Part shown: one piece after another, positions 34,662 through 45,661 of the stretch
Layout of the letters: the number at the start of each line of letters is the position of its first letter
How positions within the stretch are numbered: position 1 is the stretch's first letter
Program-made: the position numbers and the translations under genes
Notes under the pieces: generated by a model
Database searches by the model: none
Told to the model about the DNA's origin: nothing
What the model saw: the letters and a program-made list of their open reading frames with translations, nothing else
DNA from: an uncultured candidate division Zixibacteria bacterium
GTDB taxonomy: Bacteria; Zixibacteria; MSB-5A5; SM1-73
Direction of reading: 5' to 3'
Assembly: GCA_903908285.1 (NCBI GenBank)
Contig: CAIVRH010000007.1
Location: 9,398-73,397 of the forward strand
Length of the DNA: 64,000 nt

Positions 34662-36524
34662 ATGACCAATCCGTTTTTAGAGAGGCTGCAAAAAGGGGTT
34701 GTGCTCTGTGACGGGGCAATGGGGACTCTTCTGTATATGCGGGGTATCTCCTATCAACGCTCCTTCGATGAGCAGAATATCTCCAATCCCAATGTGGTAT
34801 TGGATGCTCATCGGGATTATATCAAAGCCGGCGCAGAGATCATAGAGACCAACACCTTTGGAGCTAATGCAGCCCGGTTGAAGAATTTCGGGTTGGAAGA
34901 CAAGGTCAGAGAGATAAATCTCAAAGGTGCCAAAATTGCCAGAGAGGCAAGAGAGATAGAGGGAAAAGAAGTGTTTGTGGCTGGATCGATGGGACCTTTG
35001 GGGAAACTTCTTACCCCTTTGGGGTATCTTTCAGAAATAGAAGCCGTGGATATATTCCAGAAACAGGCTGAGGCTTTGCTTGAAGGTGGAGTGGACCTGT
35101 TCATGGTGGAAACATTCTCCGACATAGCAGAAATCAAGCTGGCGGTTTTGGCCATCAGAAACGTCTGCAAACTTCCCATTATAGCATCCATGACTTTCGG
35201 TGAAGACGGCAAAACTTTTCTGGGATACTCGGCAGAAGAGGCGGCCAAAGAATTGGATCAGCTGGAGGTGGAGATCATCGGTGCCAACTGCAGCGTGGGG
35301 CCTCAGAACATGCTGGATGTAGCCAGACGCCTGCGTCGGGCAACCGGCAAGATGATAGCAATACAACCCAACGCCGGACTCCCCCGATTTGTGGACGGGA
35401 GATTCGTCTATCTTTCCTCACCGGAGTATTTTGCGGAATATGCCATGGAATATCTTAAAGTCGGAACCAACATCATCGGAGGGTGCTGCGGCACGACTCC
35501 GGAATATACCCTGGTTTTGTCCCGTATGCTGAAAAATTACAGGTCGGATCCGACGGTTACGGGGAATTCCCAAATATCCATCGATGAGCAGATAAAAGAA
35601 GAAAAACCGACTCCCCTAGAGAGTGATAAAGCTTCCGATTTCACCAAAAAACTGGGAAAGAAATTTTTAGTTTCGGTGGAGGTCGATCCGCCCCGCGGAA
35701 TCAATCCGGAAAAAATCCTTCAAAATGTGCAGAGGTTGAAAGATCTGGGAGTGGATGCCATAAATATAGCGGACAGCCCCATGGCCAAGGTGAGAATGAG
35801 CTGCATAGCTTTGGCTTATCTGATAAAGGAGAAGGTGGGGCTTGAAACCATCCTGCATTGTACCTGCAGGGATAGAAACCTCATGGGTTTGCAGTCGGAT
35901 CTGTTGGGGGTGCATGCCCTGGGTATTTACAACATACTTGCCGTCACCGGTGATCCTCCGGTATTGGGGGATTATCCCCAAGCCACCGCCGTGTATGATG
36001 TCGATTCCATCGGGCTGGTGAAAATCATAAACAAGCTGAACCATGGTACAGATTGGGCAGGTAATTCAATCGGCTCACCCACCCGTCTATGCGTGGGGGT
36101 AGCGGTCAATCCAAACGCTCAAGATTTGGAAAGGGAGATAATCCGGTTTGGAAAAAAAGTGGATGCGGGTGCGGTTTTTGCCTTCACCCAACCCATCTAT
36201 GATCTTGAGATTCTGGAGACTTTCTTGCAAAAGGTTTCTCCCATCAAAATACCTGTTTTCTTGGGCATCCTGCCGCTTTTAAACTACAAACATGCCGAGT
36301 TCATGCACAACGAAGTGCCGGGGATGAACATTCCCCAAAGAATAAGGGAGAGATTAAAGGAGGCAAAAGATCGGAGCGCGGAGATGGGAATTACCATAGC
36401 AAGGGAAATCTTGGATGAAGCCAAGCATATGGTAGACGGAGTATATATCATGCCCTCATTTGGAAGATTCGAGATGGTATCAGAACTGTTGGAGGGATTT
36501 GTTATGAAGGAAAAACATCTATGA
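34662..36524 (+). CDS. Bifunctional homocysteine S-methyltransferase / methylenetetrahydrofolate reductase (YitJ-like)
   Basis: DGAMGT, GANCSVGP, GGCCGTTP, then EVDPP, CRDRN, TGDP, TQP. Confidence 0.93.
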   Translation: MTNPFLERLQKGVVLCDGAMGTLLYMRGISYQRSFDEQNISNPNVVLDAHRDYIKAGAEIIETNTFGANAARLKNFGLEDKVREINLKGAKIAREAREIEGKEVFVAGSMGPLGKLLTPLGYLSEIEAVDIFQKQAEALLEGGVDLFMVETFSDIAEIKLAVLAIRNVCKLPIIASMTFGEDGKTFLGYSAEEAAKELDQLEVEIIGANCSVGPQNMLDVARRLRRATGKMIAIQPNAGLPRFVDGRFVYLSSPEYFAEYAMEYLKVGTNIIGGCCGTTPEYTLVLSRMLKNYRSDPTVTGNSQISIDEQIKEEKPTPLESDKASDFTKKLGKKFLVSVEVDPPRGINPEKILQNVQRLKDLGVDAINIADSPMAKVRMSCIALAYLIKEKVGLETILHCTCRDRNLMGLQSDLLGVHALGIYNILAVTGDPPVLGDYPQATAVYDVDSIGLVKIINKLNHGTDWAGNSIGSPTRLCVGVAVNPNAQDLEREIIRFGKKVDAGAVFAFTQPIYDLEILETFLQKVSPIKIPVFLGILPLLNYKHAEFMHNEVPGMNIPQRIRERLKEAKDRSAEMGITIAREILDEAKHMVDGVYIMPSFGRFEMVSELLEGFVMKEKHL

Positions 36525-36855
36525 ATTGAAGCAGATGCAGATAGATACCCGTGTTTTTATTCTCCCCACAAAATATCTCTTCCATAGGATTCCAAGTCAT
36601 TGGGTGTCATATTCTTGGAATTTCAAGTTCAAGTAACAGTTTAGACTGCGTAAAGCATTAATTGCTTGATTTATATCATCTCCTCCACGTAAGTCTACAT
36701 CTTGCTATTAAGGGGCTGTTGAAAAAACCAATTCGCTCGTATGGGTTCTATGGTAATAAACGATTTTCGCTTATAGGGGCGGGAATTTATCCCGCTCTGA
36801 AATTTGACTTTTTCAATACTTCTATAAACATCGGATGAGCGATGTGAACACAAAC

Positions 36856-38871
36856 TCATGGAACCAGGATCTTTTGTCCTGCCATCATCTCAGTGCTCAG
36901 TTGGAGAAATGAACGCTCCCTGATCTGTATGGCTTTCATAGTATCAGGATAGGTTCTAGACAGGTTATATTTTTGTTGTGGATCCTTGGATGTGTCGTAA
37001 AGAGAACAACTTACGCCTATTCTTTCAACCAGATAATCATATCCTTCCATCCAACCGACTGTGGGACCATCCATCATCATGGCAAATCCCTTATCATCTT
37101 TGGGAAGAGATAGTATATCCCGCCCCCAGGATTGATGAAGAGCCGGTTTACCCAATATGCCGAAGATGGTAGGAATCAGGTCGGTCTGGCTGGCTACAGT
37201 CGATATCCTTTTGGGCGAGGTACCTAGAACATCCGGGGCATAGATCAGACTTGCGATATGAAATCTATCTGCCGGAAGCTCAGTTTGGGTTTCCATGAAT
37301 TTCCCGTGATCCGCTACTAAAACGAATATGGTGTTTTTGAAATAGGGCTGTTTTTCCGCCTGCCGGAAAAACTGGCCCAGAGCCCAATCCGAGTAATAAA
37401 AAGAGTTTAAATAGTTAGATTGAGAAACGTCATCGCCGAAAACCTTGAAACTGTCGTTGGGGATTGAGAAGGGTTCGTGATTGCTGACGGTAACGATGAC
37501 CCCCAGAAAAGGGTTGTCGCCAAATTTAGCAAACTCTTCATTCGCCTTTTCATATGTCAAATGATCCGGAACTCCCCATCTGCCCAGTTTTGTTCCTAAT
37601 GGGAAATCCTCTTGTCGGATAAATTTTTCGAATCCCTGACTCCTTAAGAAACCCTCCATATTATCGAACTGCAAATCACCGCCATAAACTAAGATATTTT
37701 GATAACCCCTTTTCTTTAAAATCTCCACGATAGAGGAGGAAGGCCGATTGGCAGAATAACGCCTCATCATAGAACGTCCGGCTTGGGAGGGGAACGAGCA
37801 TAACACGGAAACTATACCGCGATTGGTGCGAGTGCCAGTGGCATAGAAACGTTCAAACAAAACCCCCCTTTGAGCCAGGCTATCAAAATTGGGGGTGGCG
37901 TCGGGTTTACCACCTAAAGCTCCAACATAGCGAGCTAACCAACTCTCCAGCAGAATGATTACCACATTGTAATCCTTAGACTTTAGGGAGTCGGATACAG
38001 GATAATACCAGCGGTCCAGAGAACGGCGGGGGTTAGTCAATTTTTCCCTGGGGTTGTATAAAAGCTTTTGAACTGTGGAGAGCGCTTCCGAAGAAGGATA
38101 GAAATGATATCTTTTAAGGATTTCACCTCTTTCCTCGCGGTTATCCTCCCACCAGGATTTCCCGAGAGTGTAGACTCCATTCAGCGCCAGCTGGTTGGCA
38201 AAGCCATAGGGACTAAAATATGCCACTCCCCAGTCAATGGGTGCAAGCTGCGTGCGTCCGCGTGCTCCCAAGAACAACAGAGCAGCACCTAAGACAAAGT
38301 AAACTAATGGACGGATAAATCCTTCCCTTTGTTTCCAATGGAATATCCTCCGGCTGATTCTGATGACGAAGGTCGAAAAAACAAAAGTGATCGCTCCCAA
38401 TAAGAGGAAATAGAGAGCAACCGGATAAGCCGACCACATGGAGTACCAGACCATATCGGGATGATCCATATATTCCCAGACCCAGCGGCTCAGCCGGGTG
38501 CCGAATTCCCCGAAATATTCGATATCCACCAGACTCGAGAAAAAGAACAAACCCATACCTGACAAAAAAAGGATTAAGACTACCATCCGGGACGCTTTCC
38601 AACGGTCTATACTGACGAAAGGGATATGGCTTAGGAGAAATAACGGGATGAGCAAATAGCTCAACACCACCATATCGAAGCGGGCTCCGATAAAAAACGA
38701 TTTCGCCAGCGTGGTGGGCGGAATGCCTTTTGCCAACAGGTGGTGCTTCATAAGAAATCCAAAACGGAAGATAGTCAAAAATACCAATGACAGAAGAAAA
38801 ATGGAGGCGAAGAACAAAATAGTCCTGGAGGGAGATACGGAAGATAGAAAATTTCGGAGTCGCTGTTTCAT
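36856..38871 (-). CDS. LTA synthase-family / sulfatase-like membrane protein
   Basis: Five N-terminal TMs, NVVIILLES, TVSNHEPF, VADHG. Confidence 0.9.
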   Translation of the reverse strand: MKQRLRNFLSSVSPSRTILFFASIFLLSLVFLTIFRFGFLMKHHLLAKGIPPTTLAKSFFIGARFDMVVLSYLLIPLFLLSHIPFVSIDRWKASRMVVLILFLSGMGLFFFSSLVDIEYFGEFGTRLSRWVWEYMDHPDMVWYSMWSAYPVALYFLLLGAITFVFSTFVIRISRRIFHWKQREGFIRPLVYFVLGAALLFLGARGRTQLAPIDWGVAYFSPYGFANQLALNGVYTLGKSWWEDNREERGEILKRYHFYPSSEALSTVQKLLYNPREKLTNPRRSLDRWYYPVSDSLKSKDYNVVIILLESWLARYVGALGGKPDATPNFDSLAQRGVLFERFYATGTRTNRGIVSVLCSFPSQAGRSMMRRYSANRPSSSIVEILKKRGYQNILVYGGDLQFDNMEGFLRSQGFEKFIRQEDFPLGTKLGRWGVPDHLTYEKANEEFAKFGDNPFLGVIVTVSNHEPFSIPNDSFKVFGDDVSQSNYLNSFYYSDWALGQFFRQAEKQPYFKNTIFVLVADHGKFMETQTELPADRFHIASLIYAPDVLGTSPKRISTVASQTDLIPTIFGILGKPALHQSWGRDILSLPKDDKGFAMMMDGPTVGWMEGYDYLVERIGVSCSLYDTSKDPQQKYNLSRTYPDTMKAIQIRERSFLQLSTEMMAGQKILVP

Positions 38872-39023
38872 GGCGGATCAATGAGTTAAGGCAAGATTAG
38901 CTGCAGATAAAATAAGCATTAAGAACGGATTCATGATATATTCCTGATCATCGACCGGGTGCTCCGCATGACATATTTTGAACGTGCCGGAACCAGGCAA
39001 AATACGATCTACCATCAACCGTT

Positions 39024-39131
39024 TCATTTCTTTTTCAACTTCTCGACTTTCAAGTCCAACTGCAGCAGATAAAAGAACAAAGCAATCCAAATTACCAGGG
39101 TGACGAACATGGTGATATAATTCGACGACAT
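39024..39131 (-). CDS. ccmD: Heme exporter protein CcmD (35 aa, not in ORF track)
   Basis: MSSNYITMFVTLVIWIALFFYLLQLDLKVEKLKKK starts 1 bp after the ccmC stop; single TM plus basic tail. Confidence 0.75.
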   Translation of the reverse strand: MSSNYITMFVTLVIWIALFFYLLQLDLKVEKLKKK

Positions 39132-39132
39132 G

Positions 39133-39783
39133 TTATCCCTCCTTAGATTCATCCATCAGACGGTTTACCCTTGTCTCCAGCTTGAAGATCCAAACGAATA
39201 GCCCGGTGAATCCAATCATCGAAGCCAAGAATGTGATCAGAATGGCAGGGGACATTTGTAACCTTAAACTGCTGCTAATCACCGAATCGTTAGGATGAAG
39301 CGATTGGTAAACCCGGGGAATCACAAATACCAGAAACGGGACGGTCAAAAAAGCCAGGATAGCATAAACACTGGATAAGCTAGCTTCCTTTTCCTCCGAA
39401 TCCACTGCGGATCTCAAAGCAAAATACGCTCCATAAATTAAAAGCAAAATGAAGATCGATGTCTCCCGAGGATCCCAATTCCAAAAGGAACCCCAACCGG
39501 CTTTGGCGAATATGGATCCGGATATGGTGGCCAAGACGGTAAATAACAACCCCAAACGCGCGGCGGTCTTGGCCCGGTTATCATAAATCAAATCCTTTTC
39601 CCGGAGATAAAGAATGCTATAAATAAAGGATAATAAGAACGCCAAAACCGCCACCCAGGCCATGGGGACATGGAAAAAGAAAATTCTGGATACTTCCCCT
39701 AACTGAAGCTGGGGTGGGGGTAGAAGGAATATGGCTACAATCACCACCGACATCCAGATCAACAATACAATTTTCCAAAACAT
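39133..39783 (-). CDS. ccmC: Heme exporter CcmC
   Basis: FFHVP, WGSFWNWDPRET (WWD motif), SLHP. Confidence 0.93.
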   Translation of the reverse strand: MFWKIVLLIWMSVVIVAIFLLPPPQLQLGEVSRIFFFHVPMAWVAVLAFLLSFIYSILYLREKDLIYDNRAKTAARLGLLFTVLATISGSIFAKAGWGSFWNWDPRETSIFILLLIYGAYFALRSAVDSEEKEASLSSVYAILAFLTVPFLVFVIPRVYQSLHPNDSVISSSLRLQMSPAILITFLASMIGFTGLFVWIFKLETRVNRLMDESKEG

Positions 39784-39859
39784 ATTTTTAACCAGATTAG
39801 GATGATACGTTTGATTCTACTACTTTGACCAACCACGTCTGTTCCTAGCGGTGCTCCGG

Positions 39860-40549
39860 TCACTCATTCCATACGAAATCAAACAGTAGAATCGAAGCGG
39901 TAAACATCACTACCACATATGACCCGAGCAGACCCAGATCGCCAAATCCGGCAGAAAAATCATGGCTTTCCAGCGAGAGCCGGGTTCCATCGATACCCGC
40001 GATCAATAACGGCAGGAGAATGGGAAAAGAGAGCACGGCAAGAAGGGCTCCCTTGATATGTGATTTGGATATGATGGCAGCGATGATGGTGGTAGAACAA
40101 ACCAGTCCCAGACTCCCCAGAAGAAGAACTGCAAAAAACAGAGGAAGATTCAGGATAGATAAGTTCATCCAGATAATAAAGAGAGGGACGATCACCACTT
40201 CCAAAACCAGGAGCAATACCAAGTTGAATAGCAATTTTCCCACCAGTACGGTGCCGGGTGAAGCGGTCAACTTCAACAGATTAACGGTTTTGCTTTCCTC
40301 TTCCTTTACGAAAACCTGAGCTAAACCCGACATGCTCGAAAAAAATATCACCAGCCAGAATAACGAGGAGGTAATTCGGCTGTTTAGTGAAAAACCGCCA
40401 ATCGAAAAGCTCACCACGGTCAGGGTGGTGAGGGCAAACATCACAATGGTATTTAAGGCATAGCGGTTTCGCATCTCCGACTTGAGATCCTTGAACAGAA
40501 TCCAAACCGGCTTAACTACCCAATTGGAGGATTTTATCTCCATATTCAA
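39860..40549 (-). CDS. ccmB: Heme exporter CcmB
   Basis: KDLKSEMR, FVKEEE, VLSFPILLPLL; six TMs. Confidence 0.9.
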   Translation of the reverse strand: MNMEIKSSNWVVKPVWILFKDLKSEMRNRYALNTIVMFALTTLTVVSFSIGGFSLNSRITSSLFWLVIFFSSMSGLAQVFVKEEESKTVNLLKLTASPGTVLVGKLLFNLVLLLVLEVVIVPLFIIWMNLSILNLPLFFAVLLLGSLGLVCSTTIIAAIISKSHIKGALLAVLSFPILLPLLIAGIDGTRLSLESHDFSAGFGDLGLLGSYVVVMFTASILLFDFVWNE

Positions 40550-41129
40550 AATCTTCCTTACGGTTGGTGGCTATTATAAGAACACCTTTTTCCTTTTGGA
40601 GAGAAATTATTTCCTCCGCCAATTCTATTCCCTCATCATCTAAGTTGGCGGTGGGTTCGTCCAAGAGGAGAATGTCGGGTTCATGAAACAGAGCAAACGC
40701 ATATTTGAGTCTCTGTTTCATCCCGGAGGAATAAGAAAATACAAAATCGTTTTCTCTTCCCTCCAAACCAACCCGGGTGATTATTTTCTTCAAGTCCTCC
40801 GGGGCCGGGATTACACCCCGTATGCGGCTTAAAAAAGAAAGATTCTCCAAGGCGGTCAATTCCGCATAAAGCTCCAAATCCGGCATCACCAATCCGAAAA
40901 GATTTCTGCTCTCGTCTGTGGTCAGGTTCTTTCCGTCGTGCCGGATCAGAACCTGGCCTTGGGTGGGTCGGATAAGCCCGCAGAGGATTTTGAGCAGGGT
41001 GGTTTTGCCCGAACCGTTCTTGCCGGTGATAACCAACGAACCTTTATCCGGCAGGGAAAAATCAATCTCCTCAAAGATTTTCCTGGGGCCAAACCATTTT
41101 CCCAAATTTTTAGATTCTAAAGATATCAT
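40512..41129 (-). CDS. ccmA: Heme ABC exporter ATPase CcmA
   Basis: GKNGSGKT, YSSGMKQR, LLLDEP; first gene of ccmABCD. Confidence 0.88.
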   Translation of the reverse strand: MISLESKNLGKWFGPRKIFEEIDFSLPDKGSLVITGKNGSGKTTLLKILCGLIRPTQGQVLIRHDGKNLTTDESRNLFGLVMPDLELYAELTALENLSFLSRIRGVIPAPEDLKKIITRVGLEGRENDFVFSYSSGMKQRLKYAFALFHEPDILLLDEPTANLDDEGIELAEEIISLQKEKGVLIIATNRKEDFEYGDKILQLGS

Positions 41130-41378
41130 TCGATTTTCTAAAATGACAGTACTCTACAGCTCAATATTGAAAGTGAAAATATGACAAATGATATTTGTAG
41201 TCAAGAGAAATGAGAGTATTCACATCAGAGGTGTTTCTTCAAGGGGAATCCACTTTTTGTTCCAACAATGATTTTGTGGATAATCACAACAGGTAATCGA
41301 ATCCAATAAAAAGGGATTTTGAAGCTTTAAGTGGTTCTCCAAAATCCCTGGAACTTGGAAATGGGATATGTGGTTAGT

Positions 41379-42104
41379 CTATCTAAGCACATTTAGTATT
41401 CTATTCCACCTAACCCGTTGAGGGAAGTGCAGGAGGTTGTATCCGATATTTTTGGGGATGGACAGCGGGTCGGCGCTGCTGATTATCGGAGCATTTGAAT
41501 CGGGCGCCCAGGACCAGTGGATGATCATGGCTTCCCCCAGTACCAATTCCCGGGGGAGCGGTCCCCAATAGCGGGAATCGGCGCTGTTGTCCCGATTATC
41601 CCCCATCATAAACAGATGTCCTGAGGGAACTCTGTAAGGTCCAAAGTTATCCCGCGGGTCTTTCCCTGAAACGTGACCGCCCAGATCGGTATATTTAGCA
41701 TAGATCGGATCGGGGAACTTTTTCCCATCCACATATAACACCTTGTTTCTGATCTCGACTGTCTGTCCCTCCGTAGCCACGCATCTTTTTATATAGTTAA
41801 CCTTGGGATTTTGAGGATACTTAAAGATCACGATATCGCCGGGCTTTGGTTCGCGTAAAGCCGGAAGATGAACCGGCAAAAGCGGAACCTTGGCTCCATA
41901 GATGAATTTGTTAGCCAAGAGGAAATCACCCACCAGCAGGGTATCCTCCATGGAGCCGGATGGAATTTTATACGCCTCCACCACGGAACACTTGATGATC
42001 AACGCCATTATCAAAGCCACACCAAAAGACTCAACATATTCTCTTATTATCTCCAGGGCAGTCTTTTTTTCCTTCCTCACCTCTGGTTTTTTCTTTCCAA
42101 ACAT
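41379..42104 (-). CDS. lepB: Signal peptidase I
   Basis: IPSGSMEDTL, YIKRC, MGDNRDNSADSR. Confidence 0.96.
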   Translation of the reverse strand: MFGKKKPEVRKEKKTALEIIREYVESFGVALIMALIIKCSVVEAYKIPSGSMEDTLLVGDFLLANKFIYGAKVPLLPVHLPALREPKPGDIVIFKYPQNPKVNYIKRCVATEGQTVEIRNKVLYVDGKKFPDPIYAKYTDLGGHVSGKDPRDNFGPYRVPSGHLFMMGDNRDNSADSRYWGPLPRELVLGEAMIIHWSWAPDSNAPIISSADPLSIPKNIGYNLLHFPQRVRWNRILNVLR

Positions 42105-42392
42105 GTGCCATCCTCCGCCTTTTGATTGTTAGCATTTCTTCTTTGGTATACGAAAGGGCATTAAACTTGTTTTGAAAATCTTCAAAAACTGTCGGTTCCG
42201 GGGCAAATCAAGAGAAGAATAACCCCTAACACAGCTTGAATGGAGATCATAAAAATTTTTTGAATTTGATGATTCCACCATATCATCCTCGATAAAATAG
42301 TGGGTTATGTCCCGGCTTTAACCGTCGCTGATCACTCCCTTTCAGATACCGGATTCCTCGACGTTTCAAACCGACAAATAGCAAATCTGGTG

Positions 42393-42421
42393 TTGACTTT
42401 ATTAGGGGAATGTTGTATAAA
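42393..42421 (+). promoter_or_regulatory. Sigma70 promoter
   Basis: TTGACT-17 bp-TATAAA. Confidence 0.55.
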
Positions 42422-42450
42422 TATTGGAAGGCCAGAATCCAAAGGCGACT

Positions 42451-43626
42451 ATGGAGAAACTAATCTACTTAGACAGCGGCGCAACCACCTTTCCCAAACC
42501 CGAGGAAGTCTATGTGGCGATGGATAAGTTCTTTCGCTGCTGCGGAGTCAACCCGGGCCGGTCGGGATACGATCTCTGCATGGTGGCGGGGTCTAAAGTC
42601 GAGGAAACGCGCAAGCTCCTAACCGCGTTTTTCAATGGAACCGATCCCAATCGTCTGATCTTCGGCTACAACGCCACGGATGCTTTAAATCTGGCGATCT
42701 TCGGTCTGCTCAAGGAAGGGGATCATGCCATCACCTCCAAGGCAGAGCATAACTCGGTCCTTCGACCGCTGTACCACCTTTGCAAGTTCGGCGGCGTGGA
42801 AGTCGATCATGTTCCGTTTGACAGCCGGGGATTCGTCGATCCAAATGAGTTTGCCCGCCGTTTCAAGAAGAATACCAAATTAGTTGCAATCAATCACGCC
42901 TCGAATGTCATCGGCACTGTCCAGCCGGTCGGAGAAATCGGAAAGCTCTGCCGGGAACGCGGGATCACCCTGCTGGTGGATACCGCCCAGTCAGCGGGCA
43001 AGATTCAGGTAGATATGCAGAAGATGAATATCGATGTGCTGGCTTTTACCGGTCACAAATCTCTAATGGGACCGATGGGCATCGGCGGGCTTTACGTTCG
43101 CGAGGGGGTGGAGATCCGGCATACCCGTGCCGGAGGCACGGGCGTCCGCTCGGCTGTTCGCACTCACCTGGATGAATACCCCTACCGGCTGGAATACGGC
43201 ACCCCCAACCTGCCGGGAATAGCAGGCCTTAATGCTGGTATCAAGTGGCTGCTCAAGGAGGGGATGTCGAAAATCCATGGACGCGAATCGGGGCTGCTCC
43301 GAATGCTACGGGATGGACTCAGGGAAATCGACGGTGTGACGTTATACTGTCAGGACAATCTGGACAATCATATTGGTATCATCTCATTCAATGTGGAAGG
43401 GCTGGAGGCGATGGATACCGGCACCATGCTGGACGTCGACTACAGTATCACCTGCCGCACCGGCTTGCACTGCGCCCCCCTGGTGCACGAACAGCTGGGC
43501 ACCGATAAGATTCACGGATCGGTCAGATTCGGGATAGGTCCCTTCAATACCGCCGAGGATATCCAAGCTGCCATCAAAGCCGTGGGGGAAATAGCTCGCA
43601 TACGTTTGAAGCAGAAGTCCTGTTGA
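42451..43626 (+). CDS. Class V PLP enzyme, SufS/CsdA-type cysteine desulfurase-like
   Basis: YLDSGATT, HNSVLRP, DTAQS, TGHKSL, EYGTPN, RTGLHCAP. Confidence 0.9.
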   Translation: MEKLIYLDSGATTFPKPEEVYVAMDKFFRCCGVNPGRSGYDLCMVAGSKVEETRKLLTAFFNGTDPNRLIFGYNATDALNLAIFGLLKEGDHAITSKAEHNSVLRPLYHLCKFGGVEVDHVPFDSRGFVDPNEFARRFKKNTKLVAINHASNVIGTVQPVGEIGKLCRERGITLLVDTAQSAGKIQVDMQKMNIDVLAFTGHKSLMGPMGIGGLYVREGVEIRHTRAGGTGVRSAVRTHLDEYPYRLEYGTPNLPGIAGLNAGIKWLLKEGMSKIHGRESGLLRMLRDGLREIDGVTLYCQDNLDNHIGIISFNVEGLEAMDTGTMLDVDYSITCRTGLHCAPLVHEQLGTDKIHGSVRFGIGPFNTAEDIQAAIKAVGEIARIRLKQKSC

Positions 43627-43663
43627 CAGGTGAAGTTTATCTTCCGGCTTGTCCTTTCTTCGA

Positions 43664-45013
43664 TTATTTCTCCTTCTTTTCAATCACTAAAGCATCAGCG
43701 ACGACCTCGGATACGGTCTTGATCTCTACTTTAAGATCATACTCGCGGTTAAGCTCACTTAATTGGTCGATACAATTGTGACAGGGGGCAACGACGACTT
43801 GGGCGCCCGTCTTACGGATTTGATCTGCCTTTATCTTCCCTGCCTCCAGTCGCCTTTTTGCATAGCGGGTCATTGCCAGTTGTCCGCCGCCGCCGCAGCA
43901 GCAGTAGTTCTTCTCGCGATTAGGATGCATCTCCACGAAATTGGTAACCGCATTATTAAGAATGAACCGTTGTTCTTCGATTATACCTCCCAAGCGTACC
44001 AGGTTACAGGGATCGTGCAGCGTCACCAATTTCTGGTTGCGAGACCGATCCAATTTGATGCGTCCCTGGCGGATGTAATCGGCGATGATCTGAATGATGC
44101 TTTTGACCTCGAATCTATCTTCGGCAGCCAGCCATTCGGGCGCTTCCCAGCGATTGGAATTATAACCGTGACCACATTCACCCAAGACCAACGCTTTTGC
44201 TCCCAACTTGACCATTGACTCACGCAGACGCGATGAAAGCAAACCCGCCTCATCGTCATTTCCGCTGTAAAGACCATAGTTGGTGACGTCATAGTAATCG
44301 CTGGCCACAGTCCATCTCTCCTTTGCGGCATAGAATATCTTAGCGGTGGCTAAAAGAGACAATGGGAAGAACTTTGGTTCGCGCGGATTAACCGTATAAA
44401 GGAGCTTTGCACCCGGCTTATCCACCGGCAATAGCGCCTTTTGATCGCCGACCTCCATCTGCAGCTCTTCGCTCAACCACTGGAGCGTGTCGATCCACTC
44501 CTCCCGGGGAATGCCCATGTTATTGCCCTTCTCCACGGCCGTGGTCACGGTCGATTGCAGCTCAGGCGGAACCAGATCAATGGAAGCCAAGGTGGTTCTG
44601 GCCATGCGGATCAGACGGGTTATGTTGATGCCCATAGTGCAGTTGAGCGCGCAGCGCCCGCACAATGTGCAGCGTCCGTAAAGCGAATCGACCCATCTCT
44701 CGATAATCTGGCTATCCAGAATCCCGGTAACGTCGGGTTTTTCTTTTAATCCACCCAGCATGGTGGAGAGTTTTTTAAATAATGATTTTACCAGTCTAAG
44801 CTTGTAAGCGGGGATAGCCTCAAGCTCCCCGGTGGCTTGATAGTAATGACAGGTTTCGGCGCAAAGACCGCAATTAACGCACGACTGCAGGTTAGCAACC
44901 GTCTTACGGTCAAGTAGCTGCTTGAATGGTATCAAAGCAGAATCCAACTGGTCCGGTTTCAGATTCCGGATTCGGTCTAGATAGGGATCTTTTTGTACTT
45001 TTTCGGACACCAT
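43664..45013 (-). CDS. DsrK/HmcF/TmcB-like Fe-S protein with CCG domain (HdrD family)
   Basis: CVNCGLCAETC, CTLCGRCALNC, ECGHG, HDPCN, CCCGGGG, PCHNC. Confidence 0.88.
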   Translation of the reverse strand: MVSEKVQKDPYLDRIRNLKPDQLDSALIPFKQLLDRKTVANLQSCVNCGLCAETCHYYQATGELEAIPAYKLRLVKSLFKKLSTMLGGLKEKPDVTGILDSQIIERWVDSLYGRCTLCGRCALNCTMGINITRLIRMARTTLASIDLVPPELQSTVTTAVEKGNNMGIPREEWIDTLQWLSEELQMEVGDQKALLPVDKPGAKLLYTVNPREPKFFPLSLLATAKIFYAAKERWTVASDYYDVTNYGLYSGNDDEAGLLSSRLRESMVKLGAKALVLGECGHGYNSNRWEAPEWLAAEDRFEVKSIIQIIADYIRQGRIKLDRSRNQKLVTLHDPCNLVRLGGIIEEQRFILNNAVTNFVEMHPNREKNYCCCGGGGQLAMTRYAKRRLEAGKIKADQIRKTGAQVVVAPCHNCIDQLSELNREYDLKVEIKTVSEVVADALVIEKKEK

Positions 45014-45015
45014 AT

Positions 45016-45645
45016 TTAAGTCTTCCTTGAAGGATGAGGAAGCACGCCTCTTTTGCCAAAGTAGGCACCGAAGATGATCCGGGAATAAAAGAAGAAAGCG
45101 CAGTGACGGAGTTTTCCGAACGGAATATAGACAAAGGTGATGATGGCGATGATCAAGAACGGTATCAGCGCTTTTTCGGCGTAAGTCGAGATCAGAGCCA
45201 AAAGAATGAAAAGATCGACCAGAAAGTTAGCCCAATAGTCATCACCGCTGCTCAAGGATCTCAGGTGCGGTTTGAGTATTCTCTTGATTAGCAGCGCCAC
45301 GCCGCAGAATAGACCAATAGCCAGGAGTATCCGTGCCAGGTACAACCATATCATCGGAAATGAAATGCGCAGCAGTATCGTTGCCAGAAACAGCATGGTC
45401 ACCAATATGCCGATATGATATAGGATGCCCCCCATATAAGTCCAGATATGTTTGGCTGCACTCTCTTTCTCCCAGGGGAGCATGCCCCATCCGAATGCAT
45501 ACATAACGCCGGCAAAGCTGCTGCCACTGGGGCGAGCGTATACAGGTTTTTGGCCGAAAGCGAAAGTTCGAATGAGCACCACCATAAGAACGCCGGCACA
45601 AAATAAACCCGAAGCCGCTACACCTAGTTTCAATATGGTAAACAT
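45016..45645 (-). CDS. DsrM/NarI-like membrane subunit
   Basis: About five TMs, GILYHIGI, R..S...DY, YIPFGKLRH. Confidence 0.7.
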   Translation of the reverse strand: MFTILKLGVAASGLFCAGVLMVVLIRTFAFGQKPVYARPSGSSFAGVMYAFGWGMLPWEKESAAKHIWTYMGGILYHIGILVTMLFLATILLRISFPMIWLYLARILLAIGLFCGVALLIKRILKPHLRSLSSGDDYWANFLVDLFILLALISTYAEKALIPFLIIAIITFVYIPFGKLRHCAFFFYSRIIFGAYFGKRGVLPHPSRKT

Positions 45646-45661
45646 AGATTAATTAGCGATC

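Noticed and set aside
38878-39090. 70-aa ORF after ccmC
   Set aside because: A different frame (39024-39131) gives a much better CcmD.
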